Part shown: positions 53,013-64,000 of the stretch, piece by piece
How the letters are laid out: the number at the start of each line of letters is the position of its first letter
How positions within the stretch are numbered: the stretch's first letter is position 1
The notes under the pieces: model-generated
Database searches by the model: none
The model's input: only the letters and a program-made list of their open reading frames with translations
Told to the model about the DNA's origin: nothing
Program-made: the position numbers and the translations under genes
Assembly (NCBI GenBank): GCA_951406725.2
Contig: OX597814.1
Location: 127,720,001 to 127,784,000 of the forward strand
Reading direction: 5' to 3'
From: Octopus vulgaris
Taxonomy: Eukaryota
Length of the DNA stretch: 64,000 bases

Positions 53013-54413
53013 CCTTTAGTTTTTAATTTTTGTTTTGCTTCTTGGTTTATTTTGTTTTCTTTCATTCTGTTATTGAGAAAAACCGGTTCCTGAAAGACAA
53101 CCATGGCCTACTGAGTGAAACAGTTAAAAGAATAGCTGCTATTGTTTTGTGACCCAGGTCAAACAATTGTGTTGTTGTCACAAATGTAATTTAAGATCTG
53201 CTAAGCATTACAAACAATGTTACTTGCAAGATACACTCCTTTCCATTCTGTTACTTAGGTTCATATTTAACCCAATTTGTTTCACCTTTTACCATTTTTA
53301 GGGGAAAGGTGTTGTTGATTACATTGGCCATGGTACTCGACTGGTACTTTATTTTCTTAACCCCAAAAGGATGAAAGGCGACATTGACTTTGGCAGTACT
53401 TGAACTGATAATGTAAAAACCCAGAAGTTATGCCATTATGCATTTTGTCTGGCTCAGTAGTGATTCTACCAGCTTTCTTCCTTTATGCATGAAGAGAGGA
53501 GATGTCATCACCAAACCCTTGCAGGGTTCAGGGTCACTTTCAGTGCCCTCAGTGTCACAGGATCTGCCTTTCTTGTATCGGTTTTGTCAGTTACATCTGC
53601 TCCCATGTGCTGGAAGGAGAGGAAGATGAATGTCTTGGATTGACACTGTCATCACTTTTGATGAGCTGTCATAAGTAAGTAAAATTAAATGGATAGATCA
53701 AGAAGAAATTTTTCTCTACATTGTGGTCAGTATTTGGCTGTATTTTGTACTCTGTGATAGTCACTAACAGCTACTGTATCCACTGTTTCTATCAAGCCTG
53801 TATATGGTCACTTGACCTGCTAGAAATAATAGCTAAATCTTTTCAATAGATCACAGCCTTACTGTCTTAAAAGAGGAAGAACATACAAAATAATGTAGTT
53901 CTTGAAATACCAAATGAAAAATATGGGAAGGTCGCAGCTAGAATATCTTTGATCACAGTTTAGCTGGATCAAAGTTGACTTGGTTTACATAACATCATTA
54001 TAACTAGTAATAACTACTTATCATCAATTCTATTATAATTACCAATAACTACTATTATCACCAAAAATTACTATAAACACCAATAACTATTATAACCATG
54101 AATATTTATATCTTCTGCGATCACTAATATTTTTATAAGTCAGAAGTGAAGGAAGAGGGTCTGTGGTTATGACCATTGCAGGTCATCCCAGACTGGTGAG
54201 AGTGAGAGTAAGGTAGGCTTAAATGGAGAGTACCTACAGTGAGCCAGCACAGAGGACCAAAAGCTGTTGTAGTAAAGACAGAAGAGGTAAGAAAAAGAAA
54301 CATCACAACTGTGAGTTAGTGGTTGCAGGGTTTTGTGAGTGAAACTTTGCCAGTCTGTCAAATTACATGAATTTTGGATGTTGTTGCTTGTTTGTGTGTT
54401 TAGCTATAGCATT

Positions 54414-54825
54414 TATTTCTTTATTGCCCACAGGGGTCTAAACATAGAGGGGACAAGCAAGGACAGACAAAGGGATTAAGTTGATGACATCGACCCCAGT
54501 ACATAACAGGTACTTACTTAATCGACACCGAAAGGATGAAAGGCAAAGTCAACCTTGGCAGAATTTAAACTCAGAACATAATGGCAGACGAAATACCTAT
54601 TTCTTTACTACCCATAAGGGGCTAAACACAGAGAGGACAAACAAGGAAAGACACATGGATTAAGTCGATTATATCAACCCCCGTGTGTAACTGGTACTTA
54701 ATTTATCGACCCCGAAAGGATGAAAGGCAAAGTCGACCTCGGCGGAATTTGAACTCAGAACATAACGGCAGACGAAATACGACTACGCATTTCGCCCGGC
54801 GTGCTAACGTTTCTGCCAGCTCGCC
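54414..54825 (-). mobile_element. Meta-type SINE with duplicated 3' part
   Basis: Perfect 18-bp TSD GTGTTTAGCTATAGCATT at 54396-54413 and 54826-54843; two tandem central domains. Confidence 0.88.
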
Positions 54826-55039
54826 GTGTTTAGCTATAGCATTGTTCCATACATGTGAGCAGTACTCCAATGTAGGTCTTGAACATTGTTGAGAGTTAAC
54901 AACTGATCAGAACTGGAGTATTGGTGGAGACCCTAAAGAGAAGGTCCCTTTTTTGCAATACGGTTTTAGTGTACAATGCACTATGATCATCAAATAACTA
55001 ACATGGCTAACAATAATAAATATTGGCAATCCATTGGTT

Positions 55040-55340
55040 ATGATAATGAGGGTTCCATTTGATCCGATCAGTGGAACAGCCTGCTCATGAAATTAACATG
55101 TTAATGGCCTGAGCACTCCACAGACACGCATACCCTTAACATAGTTCTCAGGGAGATTCAGCATGGCACACTGTGACAAGGCTGAATGTGACAGGTACTA
55201 CACATTTTTGCCAGCTGAGTAGACTGGAGCAACATGAAAAATAAAATGTCTTGCTCAAGGATACGAGCTGCCAGGTATTGAACTCACAATCTTATGATTG
55301 CGAGCTGAATACCCTAACCACTGAGCCATGTGCCTTCACA
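55040..55340 (-). mobile_element. tRNA-derived SINE (third family)
   Basis: Minus strand reads GGCACATGGCTCAGTGGTTAGGGTATTC...GAGTTCAATACC...CCTTGAGCAAGACA...GTTGCTCCAGTC; a related piece lies at about 52020-52210. Confidence 0.7.
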
Positions 55341-56559
55341 TGATAAATATTAGCCATTAAAGATTCCTATAAATATCTTAAGTGTTATATTAGTATGAAT
55401 GTATGGTTGTGTGGTTAAGGAGCTTCTCACCTGTCTGGTCTTGGGTTCAGTCCCACCGTGTGGAACCTTTGGTAAGTGTCTTCTAGGATAGACCCAAGCT
55501 GACCAAAGTTGGCAAGTGGATTTTTTTAGATGGAAACTGAAAGGATGAAAGTATGTGTGTGTGTGTATTATCTGTGCGTATATATATATATATGTACATA
55601 CATATATATGTGTGTGTAGATAGAGAGGTAGATATATATTTGTGTGTTTGTGTATACTCTTGTCTAGACGTCACATGATGGTGATAAATTAGCATCATCG
55701 CCACCCAGGAAATATTGTTCATTTACCAGTCTTCCATGATAAGAATATCTGGCTACAGGAAAATGTTACCTTGGTAACAAGTGAAGGTTGGTAATTGGAA
55801 AAGCATCCAGCCATAGAAAATCTATCTCAACAAATTCTGTTTGACCCTGGAAAGCATGACTAAGTGAACATTAAGTGGTGGCAGTGGCGGTGGTGGTGGT
55901 AATGATGATTGTTGCCTATAACTACTATGATTAAATATGAGATTATGGGCATCACCATCTGAGAAAAAATGTGTTGTTACCAGTGGCAGCTTGTAGATAA
56001 AATTAGTAGGGGTGCTGCTTCAGAAAATTTAATATTGTGCAAAAGGAAACAAGCATATAGAAAGAAAATTTATACATAAACTTGATCGGTAGGCGTTTTA
56101 GCCACTGCCAAGTAGTGTGTTTAATTTGTTCACTGAACACTGCCACGAATTCCCCCTTGTTTTTCAAAAATCCCCCCTAAATAACAAAATGAGGTGAGGA
56201 AATGTACCCTACTTTTCAAATCCTGGCAGCAACACTGAAGCTGGAAGCAGGATAATAATCTAATTCTACATGTTATCACATTCAAGAATATAAACATGTT
56301 TTTAAGCACAACACATGCGGAGTCAAAAAGAAACACTACCTTTCACCCGGCACTGTCATTCACACAGTGCTCTCTCTCCCTAGTGTGAAGCTTCTTATCT
56401 CAGACGTAAGCATGCACACAACAACCAAACACCGTGTTGCTGGAACTGTGAAGCACACATTTCTAGACAAGGAGTTTTGTATTTTTTCATAGGCTAGAGG
56501 ATGGCTACTGACATTTAGCTTAAGAATTATATAATGTATAAATATAAAGAAAGAATTAA

Positions 56560-57146
56560 ACTCTGCTTGCGAAGACCTGTTGAGGCAAGTGAAATCAAAA
56601 TCAATTTGATGACTGGCATCCATGCTAGCAGGGTGCAAAGAGCACCATACGAGTGTGATCATTGACAGAGCGGCTAACCGGCTTCCATGCCAGTGGCACT
56701 TAAAAGGCACTATTTGAGCGGGATCGTTACCAGTGTCGCCTCACTGGCACTCAAACCCCATACTAGTAGGGTATTAAAAGCACCATCCGAGTGTGATCAT
56801 TGCCAGAGTGGCTATCTGGCCTCCATGCTGGTGGCACGTAAAAGGCACCATTCGAGTGTGATCGTTACCAGCATCGCCTTACTGGCACCTGTGCCGGTGG
56901 CATGTGTAAAAGATTTGAGCGAGGTCATTGCCAGTACCGCCTGACTGACCCCGTGCCGGTGGCACGTAAAAGCACCCACTACACTCTCGGAGTGGTTGGC
57001 GTTAGGAAGGGCATCCAGCTGTAGAAACTCTGCCAGATCAAGATTGGAGCCTGGTGCAGCCATCTGGTTTGCCAGCCCTCAGTCAAATCGTCCAACCCAT
57101 GCTAGCATGGAAAGCGGATGTTAAACAATGATGATGATGATGATGA
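56560..57146 (+). mobile_element. 5'-truncated RTE 3' end with variable-loop repeat array
   Basis: GAAGACCTGTTGAGGCAAGTGAAATC as at 41345, 5-6 units, conserved terminal block and (GAT)n. Confidence 0.88.
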
Positions 57147-57589
57147 ATTAAAGAAATAAAGGACACATTATGTTGAATGTTATTGGTAATATTGAGTGGA
57201 AATAGGGAATGCTGCAGTTCTGCAGTTCCTATGCATGAGACGCCACATAGCTATGTAATGAATGTATTCCTATTGTATTGACTTTCCCATGCTAATGTTA
57301 TTTTCCACATGTTGAATAAGTCTTATATAGCCTGTTAAGTAGAAATGAGTCGTGAATTTATTATGCAAATGAAATCTTAAAATGTCTTTTTACTAAAAGG
57401 GGAAAAAAAGAAACATTACAAACATTTGCTTCTAAATAAAATATTTATACTTCTTTGCTTGAATAGTTTCTGGTGTGTGGAGAAGGAGGACGGGAAGAGG
57501 TTTTGTCTCAAATGTTTTGCTGACTTTTACTGTTTCTATTGTTCTTTTCCTCTTTCCTGCCCTCTTTTCATTTTGTTTCTGTATCTGTC

Positions 57590-57672
<83 letters not shown>

Positions 57673-57755
57673 TTCTCTTTATATGCTTGAGCATATTTCT
57701 GTGTGTATATGATGAGAAAGCAAGTGTTTGTCAATTGCATTCAACTATTTAATTG

Positions 57756-57809
<54 letters not shown>

Positions 57810-58254
57810 CTCTCTCCTCTGTTTGTCTGTCTGTGTATATTTCTGCACATGTGTCTGTGTGTGTATTTACTTCCATTGTCACAAAATACTGTTACTCAAA
57901 CAGGTTCAATGTCCAGTCAGCCAGGCCAAATCACCAGCACCAAAACAGCCATGTCCAATCATCTCATTTCAGTTTCTGGGTCATTCAAGTAAACAAACAT
58001 AACTAAATCTGAAGAATATTAGGGAAAAATTACATTTACCATAAATCACAGAATGTAGACTGCATAGTACAAGTAACAATAGTTTTGGAATATTTTAGAT
58101 CAAAGAGTAGAAGTTTGGATAGGACAGAAAACAGTTTTTGAGGTTTCAGAATAAAAATTGAGGCCAGTTTTATTTAAATAGGAAAGAATCAAGGAGCAGG
58201 TAGCTTACCAATCAATATCCCCCCCCCCCCCGCAAGAGAATGGGAGGCATGAAA

Positions 58255-58645
58255 TCTATATATATAAAGCTGAAGTTGTCTGTGTGTGGCAGGTTTGGTA
58301 GCCTTCAACTAACACTATCTCCTCCGAGACCCTGCGGTGCTAGTTGACCAAAATTGAGAGTATGATAGAAGAAGGCTTGCTCTTCATTCCGTAGAAGATA
58401 AAATTCAACTTGGACCATGTTAAGACCAACAATTATTTACATAAAAAAGGTACTTTTTTTCTATGAAAATCCCTATTTTTTATGATTTTTTGACTGCTGT
58501 GTCGCCATTTTTTTGGTGTATTTCAACCAGAAAAATGTTCACTTAAAGAGAATAACAAGTTACATAATGCAAAATTTTTACTTTTCAAAAATTCCAATTC
58601 TAAAGGGTCGAAACAAACTCGAAAAACGCCGGGCGATACTGCTAG
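58255..58645 (+). mobile_element. non-autonomous Helitron-like element
   Basis: A|TCTATATATATAAAG 5' end, subterminal GC-rich hairpin remnant (CTCGAAAAACGCCGGG), CTAG|T 3' end, no TSD. Confidence 0.7.
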
Positions 58646-58944
58646 TACTTGATATAAGCTGTGGAGGAATGAACATGTCGTGCACAAGCCCAACTTTGGG
58701 CACCATCAACGGATTTCCCTTGGTGAGGTAGCAATTGGTTTTCAGTCAGGTGGTGAACCAAAGGAGAAGATAGAAAGTCTTATATAGCCTGTATATAAGT
58801 AGAAATGAGTCGTGAATTTATTAGGTAAATGAAATCTGTATTTTTTCATAAGCTAGGGGATGGCTACTGACATTTAGCTTAAGAATTATATAATGTATTA
58901 ATATAAAGCATGAACAACAGATGTTAAACGATGATGATTATGAT

Positions 58945-59084
58945 GATGATTTATATGTATATATATCACTACCTTACTGCTGAATCACTACCTCATTGCA
59001 AAAGCCCTACCACAACTGGAGAAGAAATTATTGCTGAATCACTACCTTATTGCTAAAAGTAATCCCTCTCTCTTCCTTTGTGTG

Positions 59085-59126
<42 letters not shown>

Positions 59127-59219
59127 TCATTTAATGTCCGCCTTCCAAGCTAGCAGAAGAAATTATTGCTGAATCAGTACCTTATTGCTAAAAGTAATCC
59201 CTCTCTCTTCCTTTGTGTG

Positions 59220-59259
<40 letters not shown>

Positions 59260-59311
59260 GTGATTTACTGAAATTATTGCTGAATCACTACCTTATATAT
59301 ATATATATCAC

Positions 59312-59369
<58 letters not shown>

Positions 59370-59462
59370 CACACAAAGGAAGAGAGAGGGATTACTTTTA
59401 GCAATAAGGTAGTGATTCAGCAATAATTTCTTCTGCTAGCTTGGAAGGCGGACATTAAATGA

Positions 59463-59512
<50 letters not shown>

Positions 59513-59705
59513 CACACAAAGGAAGAGAGAGGGATTACTTTTAGCAATAAGGTAGTGATTCAGCAATAATTTCTTCTCCAGTTGTGGTAGGGCTTTTGCA
59601 ATGAGGTAGTGATTCAGCAATAATTTCTTCTCCAGTTGTGGTAGGGCTTTTGCAATGAGGTAGTGATTCAGCAGTAAGGTAGTGATATATATACATATAA
59701 ATCAT
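58945..59705. repeat. quasi-palindrome built from 54-bp units and (TA)n
   Basis: 58945-59250 is mirrored by about 59340-59705; unit GAATCACTACCTCATTGCAAAAGCCCTACCACAACTGGAGAAGAAATTATTGCT. Confidence 0.85.
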
Positions 59706-60249
59706 ATATACATATAAATCATATATACATATAAATCCTCCTACTATATATATATATATCATCATCATCATCATCATTTAATGTCCGCCTTCCAAGCTAG
59801 CATGGGTGGGATAGTTTCACAAGAGCCAGCTAAGCCGAAGCCTGCACCAGACTTCTTTGACTGTTTACAGCTGGATGCCCTTCCTAACACCAACAACCCA
59901 GCAGAGTGGTCTTAGTGCTTTTTTTATGACACAAACACAGGCAAAGTGAATGCATAAATATATACATATTTTATATATGTATGTATACACACACACACAC
60001 ACATATACACATTTAATTTAATTCTATGTATTTATGCATCTGATGATTGCTCTGCATTTGAATTGATGTAATGGTTGCATTGTTCAATTAAATAGAGTTG
60101 CTTGAAACAATCATACTGCATTACCTCTGGATATCCTGTTGCTAATTTGATTTTACACACACACACACACACATGTATATATCACTACCTTATTACTGAA
60201 TCACTACCTTATTGCTGAAAGTAATCTCTCTCACCAGTGTGTGTCCTAT

Positions 60250-60293
<44 letters not shown>

Positions 60294-60303
60294 TGCTACT
60301 CAA

Positions 60304-60588
60304 TTGCATACATCAGCTGTAACAAACCCAAACTCGCAGAAATTCGATATAGTAATGACTGAAAGCAGTTTTTTAGGCATAATCTACCAACTACAACAAC
60401 AGCTGTACTCCATACAGATGACTCAGCAAAACCAGGCAACATTGATACAAAGGCTGACACCTGGACTTACAGGGCACATACAACAAATACAGACAGCCCA
60501 GCAGACCGAATATCCAGTCAGCACAGTCCCAGCAACTACAACAGTCTTGCCAACAATAGGACAGATGTATCCGGTACAACAAGCATAA
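60304..60588 (+). CDS. probable Gln-rich C-terminus of LINE ORF1 (5'-truncated)
   Basis: Open frame directly upstream of and overlapping the APE frame, with low-complexity Q/T/P composition; assigned by position. Confidence 0.5.
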   Translation: MHTSAVTNPNSQKFDIVMTESSFLGIIYQLQQQLYSIQMTQQNQATLIQRLTPGLTGHIQQIQTAQQTEYPVSTVPATTTVLPTIGQMYPVQQA

Positions 60589-60593
60589 TAACA

Positions 60594-61490
60594 GCAAATA
60601 TCCAGGGTCTTTATCCGAAAATAAAACAGTGTAAAGTCCCTTTCTTGGAAGAATTAGCAGCAGAAAACAACTCCAAAATAATTGGAATTACTGAAAGTCA
60701 TCTCAACGAAAACATCCGCAACAGCGAAATCACAATCAATAGATTCAACATCTTCAGATGTGATAGACAAGGCAGATCCCATGGGGGCGTTATCATGTAT
60801 ATCCATGATACCTATGCATGCATAGAACTTGTCAATGAATCAAATGCCTACTGCAACCTGCTGTGCATAAAAATCATCCAACTTAATACAGTTGTAACAA
60901 TAATGTACAGACCGCCAAACAGCCCAACATTATCCTTCACTGAGCCACTGACAAAGCTCCAACAAATTCTGGGAAACATGGCGAGTCCAATGCCAGACAT
61001 TATCCTCCTTGGTGACTTCAACTTCCCTAACATCATCTGGCCACATGGACACATACTAAAACTGGGGACAAAAGCTGAACAAATACAGGCAGCCAAACTG
61101 TTGGAAGTCACAGAGAAATTATACCTCAAACAAATGATGACAGAAGCAACAAGAAATAATAATACGATCGACTTGGTTTTCACCAACAACGAGAACACGC
61201 TATTTGACCTTCACTCAACCCCAACAATCCTTTCAGACCACAATATTATTGAAATGCATTTACACATTGGTAATGAGCCCAATGCCACAACTCTTAAACA
61301 AAAGGACATGCCAAAGCTATGCAGGTATGAATATCACCAGGCAAATTGGGAAACTATTAACAACCAGTTACAAATCATTGACTGGGATCTCTACCTTACT
61401 GGGCCAGATAAACACAAGAAATTCTTAAACAAGATCGAAGAAATATGTGCAAAAAATATTCCTCTTAAGAAAAACCAAATCCACAAAAAA
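60594..61490 (+). CDS. LINE ORF2 apurinic-like endonuclease domain
   Basis: Begins ANIQGLYP; the frame is open from 60363; shifts to the RT frame by one extra A in the A-runs at about 61470-61491. Confidence 0.9.
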
Positions 61491-63468
61491 ACCTGTACCA
61501 CGGGAGCGAAAGATCCTGATGCGCAAAAGGTCAAGACTAAGAAACAAAACATCTATGCTGACATCAAAACATGAATTACTGAAAGTCCTGGACCAAATAG
61601 ACAGATTAGAAGACAATCTAAAACAACACTATGATGAAGAACGTAACAATGCAGAAAAGAGAGCCATAGAAAACATCAAGAAAAATCCAAAATGTTTCTA
61701 CAGTTTTGCAAAGAAATACTCGAATACCAAGTCAACAATAGGACCTCTCCAGAGACAAAATGGGGATGTAGTGAATAACCCTATTGAAATGGCAGAAATG
61801 TTGGGTCAACAATATGAAAGTGTCTTCAGTGAGCCATCTAAAACCATGAAGATCCATGACCCAGGAAAATTCTTCAAGGATATCGACCATACTAAACCTA
61901 CCCTATCCGACATTGATTTCAACCCAGAAGACATAGAAAGAGCCATAGACAAGCTCTCCATGCACTCGGCTGCGGGGCCTGACGGTTTCAATGCCATGAT
62001 ACTTAAAAACTGCAAGGTACAATTGTTGAAACCCCTTTACATGATATGGAGGGAATCTATGGAGAATGGCAAAATACCAAATACATATAAAGAAGCACAC
62101 ATAACTCCAATACATAAAGGAGACAGCAAATCAAAACCAAAGAGCTACCAACCAATCTCACTGACATCACACATTATCAAGGTCTTCGAAAGAATAGTTC
62201 GTGGAAAACTGGTTGAGTTCCTGGAATCCAACAATCTGATGAATTGCAACCAGCATGGATTCAGGTTAGGTAGATCATGTCTTTCCCAACTACTGGCACA
62301 CCATGACCAAATCCTAGAAAATCTAGAGAATGGATACAACACAGATGTTATTTACCTCGACTTTGCCAAGGCATTTGACAAGGTAGATCATGGCATCCTG
62401 GGTCACAAACTTCGAAAGCTAGGAGTAGGAGGAAAAGTTGGTACATGGATACATGAGTTCCTTACAAATAGAACTCAAACAGTCACTGTGAATGGAACCC
62501 ATTCAACACCATCACCTGTGACCAGCAGTGTTCCTCAGGGTACAGTACTCGGCCCAATCCTGTTTCTCATCCTCATCTCTGACATAGATGAAGATACAAC
62601 CAGCAACGTCTCATCCTTTGCTGATGACACCAGAGTCATGAGACAAACCAAAGACGAGGTGGATACAGAGGCCTTACAAAAGGACCTGACCACCATATAT
62701 AAATGGCAGGAAACAAACAACATGTTGTTCAATGATAAGAAGTTTGAACTAATTCGCTATGGAACAGATCAAGATCTGAAAAATACAACAAACTACGGAA
62801 ACCCATCAGGACAACAAATAATGGAAAAACAGTATGTGAAAGATTTAGGCATCCACATGGGAACCAGCCTAAAATTCAGAGAACACCTTGACTCAGTCTG
62901 TCTTACTGCAAGAAAGTACAGCGGGTGGATCTTGCGCACCTTCAAATCAAGAGATACCTCAACAATGAAAACCCTCTGGAACAGTATGATACTTCCGATG
63001 ATTGACTACTGTTCTCAGTTGTGGTCACCAACAACAAAGGGCCAACTATCTAAGATGGAATCGCTCCAAAGAAATTTTACCTCATACTTCTCAGAAACGA
63101 GGGACCTGGACTATTGGCAAAGACTCAAAACCTTGAAGATGTACTCAATAGAAAGAAGATTTGAGCGATACCGAATTATATACATTTGGAAAATGATAGA
63201 GCAAAAGGTGCCAAACTTTGGTATCAAAACCTACCACTCACTGCACCACGGAAGACGCTGCCAGCTACCACCAATCAACAAAAAGACTGGCCAGGCAGCA
63301 AAAACCCTGCGAGAGTCAAGTCTGTTGGTTCGAGGAGCACAACTATTCAACTCCATTCCGGTACATGTCAGAAATCTATCAGGATGCAGTGTGGAATCAT
63401 TCAAATTGCAGCTGGATAGATACTTAAGCACCATTAGAGATGAACCCCATCTCCCAGGATATACATAA
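61447..63468 (+). CDS. LINE ORF2 reverse transcriptase (CR1 group)
   Basis: SAAGPDG, YQPISLTS, QHGFR, YLDFAKAFDKVDH, VPQGTVLGP, FADD and KDLG motifs. The TAA at 63466 is probably premature because the frame continues RAQTDSNSLL to 63576. Confidence 0.93.
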   Translation: MQKIFLLRKTKSTKKPVPRERKILMRKRSRLRNKTSMLTSKHELLKVLDQIDRLEDNLKQHYDEERNNAEKRAIENIKKNPKCFYSFAKKYSNTKSTIGPLQRQNGDVVNNPIEMAEMLGQQYESVFSEPSKTMKIHDPGKFFKDIDHTKPTLSDIDFNPEDIERAIDKLSMHSAAGPDGFNAMILKNCKVQLLKPLYMIWRESMENGKIPNTYKEAHITPIHKGDSKSKPKSYQPISLTSHIIKVFERIVRGKLVEFLESNNLMNCNQHGFRLGRSCLSQLLAHHDQILENLENGYNTDVIYLDFAKAFDKVDHGILGHKLRKLGVGGKVGTWIHEFLTNRTQTVTVNGTHSTPSPVTSSVPQGTVLGPILFLILISDIDEDTTSNVSSFADDTRVMRQTKDEVDTEALQKDLTTIYKWQETNNMLFNDKKFELIRYGTDQDLKNTTNYGNPSGQQIMEKQYVKDLGIHMGTSLKFREHLDSVCLTARKYSGWILRTFKSRDTSTMKTLWNSMILPMIDYCSQLWSPTTKGQLSKMESLQRNFTSYFSETRDLDYWQRLKTLKMYSIERRFERYRIIYIWKMIEQKVPNFGIKTYHSLHHGRRCQLPPINKKTGQAAKTLRESSLLVRGAQLFNSIPVHVRNLSGCSVESFKLQLDRYLSTIRDEPHLPGYT

Positions 63469-63607
63469 CGAGCACAAACTGACTCAAACTCGCTCCTACA
63501 CATGTCAAAGTTAAACAGAGAATACAACCTGGCAACCACACCAGACTCTGAGGGTGGAGTCTTCGACTTTGCCTGAGCATGGACTCAAACTCAAATGAAA
63601 TGAAATG

Positions 63608-63654
<47 letters not shown>

Positions 63655-63657
<3 letters not shown>

Positions 63658-64000
63658 AATGGATCAGAAATGGAAATCGATCAATGGAAATTGCAGATGT
63701 GTTACCAGTGCCGGTGGCATGTCGAAACTCTACTTGTGAAGACCCGTTGAGGCAAGTGAGGATCAGAATGGAAATCGATCAATGGAAATTGCAGATGTGT
63801 TACCAGTGCCGGTAGCATGTAAGAGAACCTTCCGTTTCGCGACCGTTGCCAGCACCGCCCCGTTTCGTGTCCGTTGCCAGCCTCGCCTGGCCCTTGTGCC
63901 GGTGGCACATAAAAAGCACCATCCGTTCGTGGCCGTTTGCCAGCTCTATCTGGCACCTGTGCGGGTGGCACGTAAAAAGCACCCACTACACTCACGGAGT
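63655..64000 (+). mobile_element. RTE 3'-UTR copy with hairpin repeat units (runs off the window)
   Basis: GTGCCGGTGGCAC units, then AAAAGCACCCACTACACTC at the window end. Confidence 0.85.

Larger units (their letters stand above)
60292..63610 (+). mobile_element. near-intact 5'-truncated CR1-group LINE (ORF1 end, APE, RT, (TGAAA)n tail)
   Basis: NIQGL, ITESHL, YRPP, GDFN, IDLVF and SDH APE motifs, then RT motifs; tail AATGAAATGAAATGAAA; (TA)n on both sides. Confidence 0.92.

Noticed and set aside
57904-57988. Possible first coding exon of a downstream gene (MSSQPGQITSTKTAMSNHL...)
   Set aside because: AG/GT borders exist, but all three frames are open, the donor is weak and I recognise no homology; not supportable without transcripts.

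Overview
AT-rich, repeat-dense eukaryotic DNA. The SINE/LINE repertoire suggests an octopod or other coleoid cephalopod, which is an inference. The host gene is the 3' half of WDR59 (GATOR2 subunit) on the + strand. It is missed by the ORF track because it is split into small exons (6728-6785, 21942-22037, 30097-30211, 45666-45808, 49216-49323, 52820-52956) that splice in frame into the C-terminal zinc-finger/RING region. The introns and downstream flank hold a near-intact RTE LINE with a PHD finger and a hairpin-repeat array in its 3' UTR, many truncated copies of that tail, and a near-intact CR1-group LINE. They also hold inverted Penelope fragments with a hammerhead ribozyme, a mariner, hAT/piggyBac MITEs, a Helitron-like element, several tRNA-derived SINE families, long (TA)n tracts and fold-back or duplicated segments. 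Best leads: a U-UUU-UUA -1 frameshift site at the start of the CR1 ORF1/ORF2 overlap, the structured tandem arrays in the RTE 3' UTR, and an intact-looking hammerhead with an extended stem II inside a WDR59 intron. Repeat boundaries were read by eye and are approximate unless TSDs or TIRs are quoted.
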